Assembly (NCBI RefSeq): GCF_006345805.1
Contig: NC_043004.1
Location: 48,174,001-48,238,000, forward strand
Reading direction: 5' to 3'
DNA: 64,000 bases
From: Octopus sinensis
Lineage: Eukaryota
Shown piece by piece: positions 1 through 13,583 of this stretch. The position numbers were made by a program, and so were the translations under genes. The notes under the pieces are model-generated. The model was not told the DNA's origin and did no database searches. It saw only the letters and a program-made list of their open reading frames with translations. How positions within the stretch are numbered: the stretch's first letter is position 1; each line of letters opens with the position of its first letter.

Positions 1-1250
1 CGGGCAGACGTTCGATTGCCAGGCCCCTCCTCATCCTCCTATTTCTCTGGAACTGGTACTTCCTTCTCATCTTCACTGACAGACTTCATTAACTCCAACA
101 AATCTTCGTCTGTCAGGGTTTCAGAGTGGGCATCGATGAGATCGTTGACCTCATCTTGCGTGATGTCCTCAAAACGTTCGCCACCAAGTACCTTTGCCAG
201 TTTCAATGTATTGTAGACAGCCTCATACCGAATATCTTCAGGTGAGCAGAAATCGTAGTCCGGCATACACTCTGGCCACATCTTCCAGCATGCGATGGGA
301 GTTCCTTTTTTCATGTCTTTAAGGGCAGCGTGGATGACTAACAGGCACGTTGCGATCGTAAAGTTACAGCAGTGCTCCTTTAACTTGAAATTCTCGTTTG
401 ATTCCGTTGCGTCCTCAAAATGTTGGAGATTTCCGAGTGCAAAATGCTTTGAATGCATGGATCACGCCCTGATCCATAGGCTGGATGTGGAAGGTGGTTT
501 TGGCAGGCAGGAACTTGACTTGGACTCTCTCGTGATTCAAATTGAAAGAGTGATCACCAGCATTATCCATAACAAGCAACACCTTGAATTCCATGCATAC
601 GTTTTGGAGGCATTCTTTGTCTTCAGGGATGACGCATTGGTGGGACCAATTCAAAGTTAGACTTTTGGTAATCCAGGCCTTGGGGATGTGCATTCAGTGG
701 ACAGACAGCAGATTTTTTATTCTTATTTTTGAAGGCCCTTGGATTCGCGTATAAATCCTGGTTTATTATGTGTGGCAGTATTGCCACACATAATTAGCGT
801 CACTCTGTCTCTCTGTGCCTTAAATCCTGGGACTCTGGCTTCGTCCTTCCTGGCTTACGTTCTCGAAGGTATCTTCCTCCAGAACAAGCCATTTCGTCCA
901 TATTGAAAACCTGTTCCGGCTTGTATCCCTGGTCCTCGATGATCTTCTTGAACATCTCGAGGTACTTCTCAGCGGCTTCTTCATCGGCTGATACTGTCTC
1001 TCCATGCAAAGAAACGCACTTTATTGTAAACCGTTTCTGGAAACGATCAAACCATCCCTTTCTGGGGTTATATATATATCGCTATGGGCTCCGTGTGAGC
1101 AATCATCTAAAAGTTTTTTGTGCATTTTGATGTTGACATAAGTTCCTTGCTTTTCCTGATGAGAAAGCGGCATAATGTACTCCTTATTCCTTCGCAATTA
1201 GGAATATGCAGCCTTCGAAACATATGTCGAAAATAAAGGAATTTTGTTAA
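1..1250 (-). mobile_element. pogo/Tigger-like DNA transposase remnant (DDE_1 type), frameshifted
   Basis: Minus ORFs 800-1009 (GETVSADEEAAEKY...GYKPEQVFNMDE), 415-693 (VLLVMDNAGDH...FLPAKTTFHIQPMDQGVIHAFKA) and 39-458 are consecutive pieces of a Tigger-like transposase. Confidence 0.85.
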
Positions 1251-1289
1251 TTCGTCGTTCAGCTCCATTCTTTCATATATTTATATTTT

Positions 1290-1530
<241 letters not shown>

Positions 1531-1999
1531 AAAGAATAAACAAAAACAACAAAAACAAAATACAAATTACATGAACATATATAAACAGAAGATACAAATA
1601 TTACAGGCATCCCCCCACATACACACACTAAATAAACATAAACGCACATAGAGATATAAGCATGCGCAAATGAAGACATACAATAGAAATACAAAATGGC
1701 TGACGGTTAGTAAGGAGAGACACAAATAAGAAAGAAGAAAACAAAGGACCACTGATGCGGTCACAGGAGTGTGACGAAAGAACTCTGGCCGAAATAAGAT
1801 TAAGATTAATGTAAAAAATAAATAACACTGAAGCAAAATAACACCAAATATATAGTGCGTGTGTTTTTATTGGCTAAACTGGCATAATGACCATTCCGAA
1901 ATATAACAATATCTGTTACAACACACGACTTCACATAAAAAATCTTGCACAACAAATATTTAAACGTATATATATATATATTTATATATATATAGTAGG

Positions 2000-3060
2000 T
2001 ATCCGTTGGTCTCGAGAGTCCATGGATCTGCTTCCGAAGAATTCGTGTCAGCTGCTGATGGTGGTGCAGCGTCTGTTGTGGCTGTACATACGAGAATGGC
2101 AGTCATGCATACAGCGACTGCATTTGAAGGAGCTCTCTGACGGCGCTACCGGTTTATACTTCCGTTAAGTCCTTTTGTTTTTGATGGCGATTTCCTTTTT
2201 GTCTTCTGCTCGCTTGATCCCCTCGCAGTATTTGTCTCCAATATCAGCGATCATTTGGGCCCTCCTCCCATCACAGGACGTCTAGATCAAGTGACTTCAT
2301 ATCCCTCCTACAAACGTCTTTGAAACGAAGATAAGGTCGTCCTCGTGCTCGTATGCCGGTGACCAATTTCCCATGCAGGAGGTCTTTTGGGATCCTCTCA
2401 TCAGGCATGCGATGTATATGACCGAGCCAGCGCAGACGACACGGCTGGAGCAGGGTGAGAATGCTGGGTATCCTGGTGCAGCTGAGGACTTCGGTGTTGA
2501 TGATGTGGTCGGTCCACTTGTTATCCGAGATGCGTCTCAAATTACGAAGGTGGAAGACGTTAAGACGCCGCTCCTATCTGGAGTAGAGGCTCTATGTCTC
2601 ACTGCCGTAAAGAAGCGTACTAAGAACGCACGCCGTATAAACAGCAATCTTAGTGTTTGCAGCCAGTTTTCTATTTTTCTAGTCTCTCTTTGTGAGCCCG
2701 GCAAATATGAAGGACGCTCGTTCAATTCTCCCTTTGATCTCAGGGTCCATGGAGAGGTCGTCAGTGATGGTAGGTGAATTCATGGACTACTTCCAGCTTG
2801 TAGTTGTTGATGGTGATGGTGATAGTGATGGTGGAGAAGGGTGCTTAGCACCTTGGCCCAGCAATTTGGTCTTCTTCAGACTGATAGGCTGAATTCCTGA
2901 CAGACCTTTGAAAATTTGTCCACGAGGTGTTGTGTATGTATGTATGCATATATGTATGTATGCGTGTGTGTGTGCGTTCTTGCGCCATTCGAACAATATG
3001 GCCACTCCATCTCATTTGGGTTTTCCGAATCATCGCTTTAATTGAGGTGATGCCAGCTGA
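2000..3060 (-). mobile_element. RTE-clade LINE 3' fragments
   Basis: LRWLGHIHRMPDERIPKDLLHGKL...RGRPYLRFKDVC (2271-2540) and MIRKTQMRWSGHIVRM (to 3033) are typical RTE RT C-terminal motifs. Confidence 0.8.
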
Positions 3061-3639
3061 CGCAAGGACATCTGTTTTGGAGTAAAAGAACTCTATTTAA
3101 TGTTTAAAATGCGATGAAAGCATTTTTGGTGGAATTGTTCTAACAGTATGAAATGTCTTTCATAACAAGTCTACGTTTCAAAAGAATACGGCAGGGATGG
3201 TAAGACAAATGATTTGTAAAGAGCCAATTTTGTATTGTTATTTACATGTCCTTGGCGCCAAAAGCGTGACGCCAAACCAGCAAATGCTTGTGCTGCACTT
3301 TGAATTCGTAGAAGTATTTCCACCACCTATAGTGCCTATATGTTATTCCAGAAGGTCTACAAATCTAACGGAGGCCTCAAACGACATTTTAAGATCTAAA
3401 AACATCAGAACTTAACTACAGCTCTTGGTGGCCCAAATTGGATAGACAATCTATGTAGGTGTCTTTTCAAAACATTGTCCGGTTTAAATAGCCACATCAG
3501 ATGACATGATGGTTCAAAAGTGTAGGTGAAGTATAGGTAAATGTATATTTTAATATTTAAGTGTAATGAAAACATTTTTACATTAATCTGAAAGGTTACT
3601 CCATAATTCTGAAAAGTGTAAATATGTTATTTTTAAACA

Positions 3640-3893
3640 AAAATAGTGACTTCGAAGAGTTGGACTACCCAATGATGGCTTAGCTAGCCGAAACTTCGTA
3701 GTCACTGTGAATCCTATTCTTCAGTTCTATATTTAAGAGATGATGAATTATGTACATTATTTACAACTGACGGATATTTGTCCTCATCTTGTTTGTTGTT
3801 AACACACCGTTTCGGCTGATATACCCTCCAGCCTTCATCGGGTGTCTTGTGGAAATTTAGAACCTGGGTTCTCATTCCTAAGGTATTTTTCGA

Positions 3894-3969
<76 letters not shown>

Positions 3970-4825
3970 TATTATTATTATTATTATTATTAATCTAATA
4001 TTCTCTTATCCTTCATTAATACCGGTTCCCATATGCTGTTCATATCTGCACTCGGTCTGTTTAGGAGGTTGTGTCCTAGCATATTTGCTGCTTCTTTTAG
4101 TTTTCGTATTTTCCAGTGGTGTTCTCTGTCTATTATTTTAACTTCATCCCACAGGAAGAAGTGGTCTCCATTTTTCCATACATGATCAGCTGTACCCGAT
4201 TTATCAATATCTCCACGTGCCACAGCTTTGTGATGTTCCTCTACCCTTATTTTGAGGGGGCGGCATGTTTCGCCTTTGTATAACCTACCACAACTGCATG
4301 GGATGGAGTACGCGCAGTTCTTAGTCATATTCTCTTCTATTGGTGGTTTTACTCGAAGGAGATATTTGCGAAGTGTTGTATTACATTTGAATACTTTCCT
4401 GATGTCATATGGGCCGCATATCTTTTGTATCTTTTCGGAGAGGTCTTTCACATAGGACAGAGAGACTGTGGACAGCTTATTGGTTTCACCTTCTCTTTTC
4501 TTCATAATTGGAGTGGAGAGTATGCTTTTGGGATTGTTGTTGCTTAAAAGATTGTTGTTGAGCTTGATCATTTCTTCGTAGTGGGTATCACGATCGCTAC
4601 TTATATTCTTTGCTCGATGTTTTAGGCACTGAGCAATCCCTCTCTTTACGCTATATGGATGGTGGGAGTTGAAGTTGAGGTATCGTCCAGTGAAAGTCGG
4701 CTTGCGGTATACGGATGTCCTGAATCCATACTTGGTGCGTGTTATTAATAAGGCCAGGAATGCTAGCTGATGGTCTTTTTCCTCTTCCATTGTGAACTGT
4801 ATGGATGGCTTTATTGAGTTCACAT
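3640..4825 (-). mobile_element. Penelope-like element: RT C-terminus + GIY-YIG endonuclease, with terminal-repeat region at about 3640-3890
   Basis: ORF 3990-4823: SIQFTMEEEKD..LAFL...VYRKPTFTGRYLNFNSHHP, CAYSIPCSCGRLYKGET.RPL..RVEEH. Confidence 0.9.
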
Positions 4826-5306
4826 GATCTAACAGCTACTATTCTTGATGAATAAACACACACAGACACACACACAAATACTTACATATCTGTGTGGTAT
4901 TTTGTATCGTTTATTTGTTTCAAGGGGCATCACCTTCGAGATTATAGTCTTAATCGAATGAAATATATGTGTGTGTGTGAGTGTATGTATGTATGTATGT
5001 ATGTATGTATGTATGTATGTATGTATGTATGTATGTATGTATGAGTGTATATATGTATGTGTCTATATATGTATGTAAGAATAAATGTATGTATCTATGT
5101 ATATATGTATGTGTATATATATATATATATATATGTGTATATATCTATGTATGAATGTATATATGTAAGTAAGCATACACACATATAAATGTATATTTTT
5201 AACGAAGCATGTCACCTATATTCAGAAGGAAACCTTAGCACGTCAACATGTTAAACATGGAAAACTATAATACACGTTTGTTAATCTTGGTAATTTTTAC
5301 TTATTA

Positions 5307-6773
5307 CTACATTTTTGATATTTTCTTAAGGGCCAAACTTGCTATAGACTTTTTGTCAAACTTGCCACTAGCCAAAAGTGGAAATGAAGGAAAATATAAA
5401 ATATAATCAGGGTGCATCGATACACAATCAAAGACATCTGGATGCGGCATTGTTTCCGTACAAAACTTTTTCAATTCTACTTCATTGAATTCGTGATCTG
5501 GCCGAAGGGTAACGCAGGCGCATACACGTTCTCCAACTGCCTGGTCAGGGATTGGTACAACAACCACAGCATCTACACTCGGATGACGTCCGATGTAATC
5601 TTCAATAAGTTTAATAGATAATTTTACTGTACACTTCTTAATAAAATCAGTGCTTCTTCCAACCATTATGAGATCACCATCTTCAGTTAAGTAACAAACA
5701 TCTGATGTTGGATACCAACCATTTTCTAAACATGAAGTGCCATCCAGATATGTTTTTGCTATATATTTGCTTCGAAAATACAAATAGCCTGTCTTTCCAA
5801 TATCCACAACTCTCTTCTCCTCGTCAACAATTTTGATTTCCGTTCCTGCAACTGGTCGCCCGAGCATTCCTTGTTGATGTTCTGAAATGTTTTCTAGAGT
5901 AAACACTTTGTACGATACCGTGAAAGATTCAGTACTTCCATAAACAACTAAGAATGAATCTGCAACCTTCAAAGCATTTTCTATTGTATCCCGGGTAATC
6001 ATGTCTCCACTTGACAATAACGTAGGGACACGGAAATCGCGGTCGCTAAGTCGCTTCACATCTTGTGGTGCAACACCAACCATGTTACATTCTTCACTCT
6101 GCCATATCTTTATAACAAAATCGAGGTTCTTCGGATCATTCAACATTTCTACGTCTCGCTGACATGCAATGATCCTCTAGTTACCACATTCAGGAGATAT
6201 CCTCCAATATATCCCATTGGCCGACCACTAAACATGATAAGACGAGAACTCTCATTAAAATCTGAATCAGGTGAGATTAAGCATTCAAAATGGCTGTGAC
6301 AGATACCTTTGGGCACACCAGTGCTTCCTGAAGTCTGATTGATGGATGCAATATCTTCTGGGTCAATGTAAGGAAACTCAACCTCGTCATCGTCACTTAT
6401 TTCTGCCATCAATTTAGCAGCAGATAAAGCATTGGCTGGTCTGTGTGTATTGGACACATCAATGGCAAACTTCAAATCTGGACACGCTTCGCAAGATACT
6501 TTTCCATTATCGCTTATTTGTGCAATGGATAAGAAACTGTCCCAAATAGATTTGGAAACAAATACAACAGCACTGCATCCTTTTATAATAGATTTCATAT
6601 CTGCTAATCCAAACATTAATCTTATAGAATATGCTCCCGTCATCATGATTCCAATATCGTAGCTCATCCATTCTACACAGTTAGGAACACAAAATGCAAT
6701 CTTGTCTCCTTTTTCAATGCCTAATTTCATCAAAGACTTTGCGAACTTCACAGCTCCATCGTACATCTCTTTC
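5307..6773 (-). pseudogene. Cassette A: disabled ANL (acyl-CoA synthetase-like) catalytic exon
   Basis: Split into ORFs 6149-6766 and 5307-6146 by a 1-nt deletion near 6157. Acceptor is CAA instead of CAG (6774-6776). AATATA replaces AATAAA (5217-5222). Confidence 0.85.
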
Positions 6774-7398
6774 TTGTAAAGAAAAGTAGTATATTTAACA
6801 TATATGCTCCTAAGTACATAGTTTCATAATATAGTATATTGTATATACTTAATATTTCTGCATTTCCTTGAGAGGACTCAGAGCATCTTTGTTGATAATT
6901 GACTGATCTAGCAAGCAAAACTAACCAGAAATTGATGTAGATATCCTCAATCTGGAGTCTGCCCCAATGTATGCACAATAACGGACTCTGCTACAGACAT
7001 CTAAGATGCCAGATGGTGATACCTGTTTCAGGATTAAATCTACGGTCAAGTAGAGTGTTTCGAGATACAAAATAAGAACGCAAAAATATATTTACAGAAG
7101 AAATCCTGCAAGATATGTGAGCCAACATTTTCCCAGTTCTACAAATCTACCACCAGGGACTGAAACCTTTTACTAATCTTGGAAGGATGATAATCAACTC
7201 AATCGGATTTGAATTCAGAAACAGAAAGTAGCAACAAATACCACGAGATATTGCTTCCGTGACAGTAAGTAATACATAGTTCAAACGTACAGAAAACAAA
7301 AGACAAAGACAGATGACGGAACAACAAACAGGTGTATTACTTTAATGCATGGAAAGATTGGATAAGTCTTTGACATTACGGGCCTATGTTCATATATA

Positions 7399-7430
<32 letters not shown>

Positions 7431-7631
7431 CGTATGTATGTATGTATGTATGTATGTATGTATGTATGTATGTATGTATGTATGTGTGTACCTAGGTATG
7501 TATGTGAGTATCTCGGTATGTATGTATATATGTATGTGTATATGTATGTCTATATATCTATGTATGTATGAATGTATATATGTATGTAAGCATACACACA
7601 TATAAATCTATATTTAACGAAGCATGTCGCC

Positions 7632-7637
7632 TTTATT
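7632..7637 (-). terminator. AATAAA poly(A) signal of cassette B
   Basis: tttatt on + strand, at the same homologous position as in C and D. Confidence 0.6.
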
Positions 7638-7664
7638 CAGAAGGAAAGCGTAGCACGTTAACAT

Positions 7665-7856
7665 CTTCTGATTGATGGATGCAATATCTTCTGGGTCAAT
7701 GTTAGGAAACTCAACTGCGTCATCGTCACTTATTTCTGCCATCAATTTAGCAGCAGATAAAGCATTAGCTGGTCTGTGTGTATTGGACACATCAATGGCA
7801 AACTTCAAATCAGGACACGCTTCGCAACATACTTTTCCATTATCGTTTATTTGTGC
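7665..7856 (-). pseudogene. About 192-bp internal fragment of the ANL exon inserted in the 3' flank of cassette B
   Basis: Encodes AQINDNGKVCCEACPDLKFAIDVSNTHRPANALSAAKL...PEDIASINQ. Interrupts the sequence cacgttaacat|gttaaacatgg that is contiguous in C and D. Confidence 0.9.
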
Positions 7857-7919
7857 CATGTTAAACATGGAAAACTATAATACACGTTTGTTAATCTTGG
7901 TAAATTAATTTAATTATTA

Positions 7920-9387
7920 CTACATGTTTTTTATTTTCTTAAGGGCCAAACTTGCTATAGTCTTTCTGTCAAACTTGCCACTGGCCAAAAGTGGAAATGA
8001 AGGAAAATATAAAATATAATCAGGGTGCATCGAAACACAATCAAAGTTATCTGGATCCGGCATTGTTTCCGTGCAAAACTTTTTCAATTCTTCTTCTTTG
8101 AACTCGTGATTTGGCAGAAGGGTAACGCACGCGCATACACGTTCTCCAACGGCCTGGTCAGGGATTGGTACAACAACCACAGCATCTACACTCGGATGAC
8201 GTCCGATGTAATCTTCAATAAGTTTAATAGATAGCTTTACTGTACACTTCTTAATAAGATCTGTGCTTCTTCCAACCATTATGAGATGACCATCTTCAGT
8301 TAAGTAACAAATATCTGATGTTGGATACCAACCATTTTCTAAACATGAAGTACCATCCAGATATGTTTTTGCTATATATTTGCTTCGAAAATACAAATAG
8401 CCTGTCTTTCCAGTATCCACAACTCTCTTCTCCTCGTCAACAATTTTGATTTCTGTTCCTGCAGCTGGTCGCCCGAGCATTCCTTGTCGATGTTCTGAAA
8501 TGTTTTCTAGAGTAAACACTTTGTAAGATACGAAAATAGATTCAGTACTTCCATAGCCAACTAAGAAGGAATCTGCAACCTTCAAGGCATGTTCTATTGT
8601 TTCTCGGGTAATCATGTCTCCACCTGATATTAGCATATTGAGACGGAAATCGCGGTCGCTAAGTCGCTTCACATCTTGGGGTGCAACTCCAACCATGTTA
8701 CATTCTTCACTCTGCCATATCTTTATAACAAAATCGAGGTTCTTCGGATCATTCAACATTTCTACGTCTCCACTAACATGCAATGATCCTCTGGTTACCA
8801 CATTCGAAGGATATCCTCCAATATATCCCATTGGCCGACCACTAAACATGATAAGACGAGAACTCTCATTAAAATCTGAATCAGGTAAGTTTACATATCC
8901 AAAATGGCTGTGACAGATACCTTTGGGCACACCAGTGCTTCCTGAAGTCTGATTAATGGATGCAATATCTTCTGGGTCAATGTAAGGAAACTCAACCTCG
9001 TCATCGTCACTTATTTCTGCCATCAATTTAGCAGCAGATAAAGCATTGGCTGGTCTGTGTGTATTGGACACATCAATGGCAAACTTCAAATCTGGACACA
9101 CTTCGCAAGATACTTTTCCATTATCGCTTATTTGTGCAATGGATAAGAAACTGTCCCAAATAGATTTGGATCCAAATACAACAGCACTACATCCTTTTGT
9201 AATAGATTTCATATCTGCTAATCCAAACATTAATCTCATAGAATATGCTCCAGTCATCATGATTCCAATATCGTAACTCATCCATTCTACACAGTTAGGA
9301 ACACAAAATGCAATCTTGTCTCCTTTTTCAATGCCTAGTTTCATCAAAGCCTTTGCGAACTTCACAGCTCCATCGTACATCTCTTTC
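7920..9387 (-). CDS. Cassette B: ANL-superfamily adenylate-forming enzyme, catalytic (terminal) exon; 537 aa if spliced to exon 15961-16106
   Basis: Intact 486-codon ORF with TSGSTGVPKG P-loop, YGSTE, GWYPTSD, GRSTDLIK, SGKFD lysine. Acceptor cttttctttacag|G at 9388-9390. Confidence 0.9.
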
Positions 9388-10143
9388 CTGTAAAGAAAAG
9401 TAGTATATTTAACATATATGCTCCTAAGTACATAGTTGCATAATATAGCAGATTATATATACTTAATATTTCTGCATTTCCTTGAGAGGACTCAGAGAAT
9501 TTTGTTGATAATTGACTGATCTAGCAAGCAAAACTGCCCAGAAATTGGTGTAGATATCCTCAATCCGGAGAGTGACCCAATGTATGCACAAGAGCGGACT
9601 CTGCTACAGAGACCTAAGATGCCAGATGGTGATACCTGTTTCAGGATTAAATCTACGGTCAAGTAGAGTGTTTCGTGATACAAAATCGGAACGCAAAAAT
9701 ATATTTACAGAAACAAATCCTGCAAGATATGTGAGCCAACATTTTCCCAGTTCTACAAATCTACCACGAGGGACTGAAACTTTTTACTAATCTTGGAAGG
9801 ATGATAATCAACTCAATCGAATTTGAATTCAGAAACAGAAAGTAGCAACAAATACCACGAGACATTGCTTCCGTGACAGTAAGCAATACACAGTTCAAAC
9901 TTACAAAAAACAAAAGACAAAGACAGGTGACGGAACAACGAACAGGTGTATTACTTTAATGCACGGAAAGATTGGATAAGTCTTTGACATTACGGGCCTA
10001 TATTCATATTTATATATATATATATATGTATGTATCTATGTATGTATGTATGTATGTGTGTATATATCTATGTATGTATGAATGTATATATGTATTTAAG
10101 CAGACACACATATAAATGTATATATTTAACGATGCATGTCGCC

Positions 10144-10149
10144 TTTATT
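10144..10149 (-). terminator. AATAAA poly(A) signal of cassette C
   Basis: tttatt about 96 nt after the stop. Confidence 0.6.
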
Positions 10150-10244
10150 TAGAAGGAAACCATACCACGTTAACATGTTAAACATGGAAAACTAAAACAC
10201 GTCTGTTAATCTTGGTAATTTATATTTACTTATTACTACATTTT

Positions 10245-11703
10245 TTATATCTTCTTAAGGGCCAAACATTTTATAGTCTTTCTGTCAAACTTGCCACTGG
10301 CCAAAAGTGGAAATGAAGGAAAATATAAAATATAATCAGGGTTCATCGATACACAATCAAAGTTATCTGGATTCGGCATTGTTTCCGTACAAAACTTTTT
10401 CAGTTCTTCTTCATTGAACTCGTGATTTGGCCGAACGGTAACGCACGCGCATACACGTTCTCCAACTGCCTGGTCAGGGATTGGTACAACAACCACAGCA
10501 TCTACACTCGGATGACGTCCGATGTAATCTTCAATAAGTTTAATTGATAACTTTACTGTACACTTCTTAATAAAATCTGTGCTTCTTCCAACCATTATGA
10601 GATCACCATCTTCAGTTAAATAACAAATATCTAATGTTGGATACCAACCATTTTCTAAACACGAAGTACCATCCAGATATGTTTTTGCTATATGTTTACT
10701 TCGAAAATACAAATAGCCTGTCTTTCCAATATCCACGACCCTCTTCTCCTCGTCAACAATTTTGATTTCCGTTCCTGCAATTGGTCGCCCGAGCATTCCT
10801 TGTTGATGTTCTGAAATGTTTTCTAGAGTAAACACTTTGAAAGATACCAAAATAGATTCAGTACTTCCATAGGCAACACAGAATGAATCTGCAACCTTCA
10901 AGGCATGTTCTATTGTTTCTCGGGTAATCATGTCTCCACCTGACGTTATCATATTGACACGGAAATCGCGGTCGCTAAGTCGCTTCACATCTTGTGGTGC
11001 AACATTAACCATGTTACATTCTTCACTCTGCCATATCTTTATAACAAAATCGAGGTTCTTCGGATCATTCAACATTTCTACGTCTCCACTGACATGCAAT
11101 GATCCTCTGGTTAACACATACAAAGGATATCCTACAATATATCCCATTGGCCGACCACTAAACCTGATAAGACGAGAAATCTCATTAAAATCTGAATCAG
11201 GTAAGTTTAAGCATTCATAATGGCTGTGACAGATACTTTTGGGCACACCAGTGCTTCCTGAAGTCTGATTAATGGATGCGATATCTTCTGGGTCAATGTA
11301 AGGAAACTCAACTTCGTCATCGTCACTTATTTCTGCCATCAATTTAGCAGCAGATAAAGCATTGGCTGGTCTGTGTGTATTGGACACATCAATGGCAAAC
11401 TTCAAATCTGGACACGCTTCGCAAGATACTTTTCCATTATCGCTTATTTGTGCAATAGATAAGAAACTGTCCCAAATAGATTTGGATCCAAATACAACAG
11501 CACTACATCCTTTTATAATAGATTTCATATCTGCTAATCCAAACATTAATCTCATAGAATATGCTCCAGTCATCATGATTCCAATATCGTAGCTCATCCA
11601 TTCCACACAGTTAGGAACACAAAATGCAATCTTGTCTCCTTTTTCGATGCCTAGTTTCATCAAAGCCTTTGCGAACTTCACAGCTCCATCGTACATCTCT
11701 TTC
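10245..11703 (-). CDS. Cassette C: ANL catalytic (terminal) exon; 534 aa if spliced
   Basis: Intact 483-codon ORF with the same motifs (variants PKS, TLD). Acceptor ctttactttacag|G at 11704-11706. Confidence 0.9.
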
Positions 11704-12554
11704 CTGTAAAGTAAAGTGACATATTTAACATATATGCTCCTAAATCCATAGTTTCATAATATAGTAGATTATATATATTTAACATTTTTGCATTTCCTTG
11801 AGAGGACTCAGAGAATTTTGTTGATAATTGACTGATCTAGCAAGCAAAACTGCCCAGAAATTGGTGTAGATATCCTCAATCTGGAGTCTGCCTCAATGTA
11901 TGAACAATAACGGACTCTGCTACAGACATCTAAGATGCCAGATAGTGATACCATTTGGAGGATTAAATCTACGGCCAAGTAGAGTGTTTCGAGATACAAA
12001 ATCGGAACGCAAAAACATATTTACAGAACAAATCCTGTAAGATATGTGAGCCAACATTTTCCCAGTTCTACAAATCTACCACGAGGGACTGAAACTTTTT
12101 ACTAATCTTGGAAGGATGACAATCAACTCAATCCGATTTAAATTCAGAAACAGAAAGTAGCAGCAAATACCACGAGGCATTGTTTCCGATGCTTCAACTT
12201 CTCTACCAGTAAGCCTCCTTTATAAACAATGTACATCGATTTCCATTTCTAATAGACCATAAGTACGCCAAACATTTAAGATGAGCGTGACTCGAGTATG
12301 AATGTTTATGCTTCTACACACAAGAAAATATATTGGCATACAAACACAGGTACAATGAACGTTGCACGTCACCTGCTCTGTCATGCGTTGCCTGATCAAT
12401 AAGTATCAAGTCTTGCTATAGTAACGAAGCTGAAGAACGCAGAATAAAGCTACTTAGCACAGAATGACCTTGAACTCTGCTGCGCATGTGCACTAAGTTT
12501 TAACATACTAGCTTAGTTCCTGTTTACAACAGTTCCTGGAAGGAAAGTGTGTAG

Positions 12555-13094
12555 TGTGTGATCGTCGCTCTGACCATGATAGAGAAAGTTGAGCAGAGAA
12601 TCTGCATCAAGTTTTGCCAAAAGCTTGGTGAGACCTGCTCAAAGGCCTACGCAAAGTTTTCAAAAAAGTTTTCATCGTTCTCGACACAGTCAAAGAGATC
12701 TTATTCAACTGAAACCCGAGTGTCTTTTTGGTCTGCTGAAAACAGTTTTCGCACAATCTTGGGAGATACGCGTATCATACCCAAATCGTCGGTGATAACG
12801 GACTAAACTGAACCGTAACTAATCTACACAGCGCCCCATAACTCATGGATGGTGATTCGATGATTTTCCCTCAAAGCTTCACGCACATTTGCGATATTTT
12901 TCTCAGTTCTGCTGGTCTCCCAGAACGTTCATCAATATCGACATTTTTTCGGCCATATTGGAAACGTCTGGAACACTTGTACACTCGTGTGCGGCACATA
13001 CACCCCTCTCCATATACCTTTTGCAAATTTTGTAGATCTTGAGCGGGTTTCGCCATAACAGCTTCATCCGACATGGTCAATGCGAATATCACAC
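12555..13094. mobile_element. Two convergent mariner transposase 5' fragments
   Basis: + strand EQRICIKFCQKLGETCSKAY from 12558. - strand LQKVYGEGCMCRTRVYKCSRRFQYGRKNVDIDERSGRP from 13092. Outer ends are inverted copies (gtgtgatcgtcgctctgaccatg / rc gtgtgatattcgcattgaccatg). Confidence 0.8.
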
Positions 13095-13577
13095 GTTACA
13101 CACCTAAGATCCATGGTGGTAGAGTTGGAAAATGTAGAAACTCCCAATGGTAATCCATTTGGGTTGATGGTTAGGTGGATGAGGATAGATACCTAAGGTT
13201 CGAGGAAAAGGTAAGAGAGAGATGACGGCCCATAAGTGGTGGAAGTTCAGTCAGGTAGGATCAAACTGTGATAAGCAGGTGAAAGTATGTAATACATAGT
13301 TCAAATGTACAAAACACAAAAGACAAAGACAGGTGACGGTACAACGAACAGGTGTATTAGTTTAATGAACGGAAAGATTGGATAAGTCTTTGACATTACG
13401 GGCCTATATTCATATATATATATATGTGTGTATGTATGTATGTATGTATGTATGTATGTATGAACGTATGTATGTATGTATGTGTGTGTGTGTGTATATA
13501 TATCTATGTATGTATGAATGTATATATGTATGTAAGCATACACATATAAATGTATATATTTAACGAAGCATGTCGCT

Positions 13578-13583
13578 TTTATT
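13578..13583 (-). terminator. AATAAA poly(A) signal of cassette D
   Basis: tttatt about 73 nt after the stop. Confidence 0.6.

Noticed and set aside
9492-11999. Conserved 63-aa ORFs (MYHETLY.../MYLETLY...) upstream of B and C as own first exons or uORFs
   Set aside because: No ANL similarity and no suitable donor. The region is partly deleted in D and the frame is not kept in A; conservation reflects recent intron duplication.
12360-12500. TGACGTG and TGCGCATGTGCA motifs as a private promoter for cassette C
   Set aside because: The homologous sequence lies inside D's intron (15730-15853), and the nearby cag|gtgacg donor has an in-frame stop. An intronic alternative promoter is unproven.
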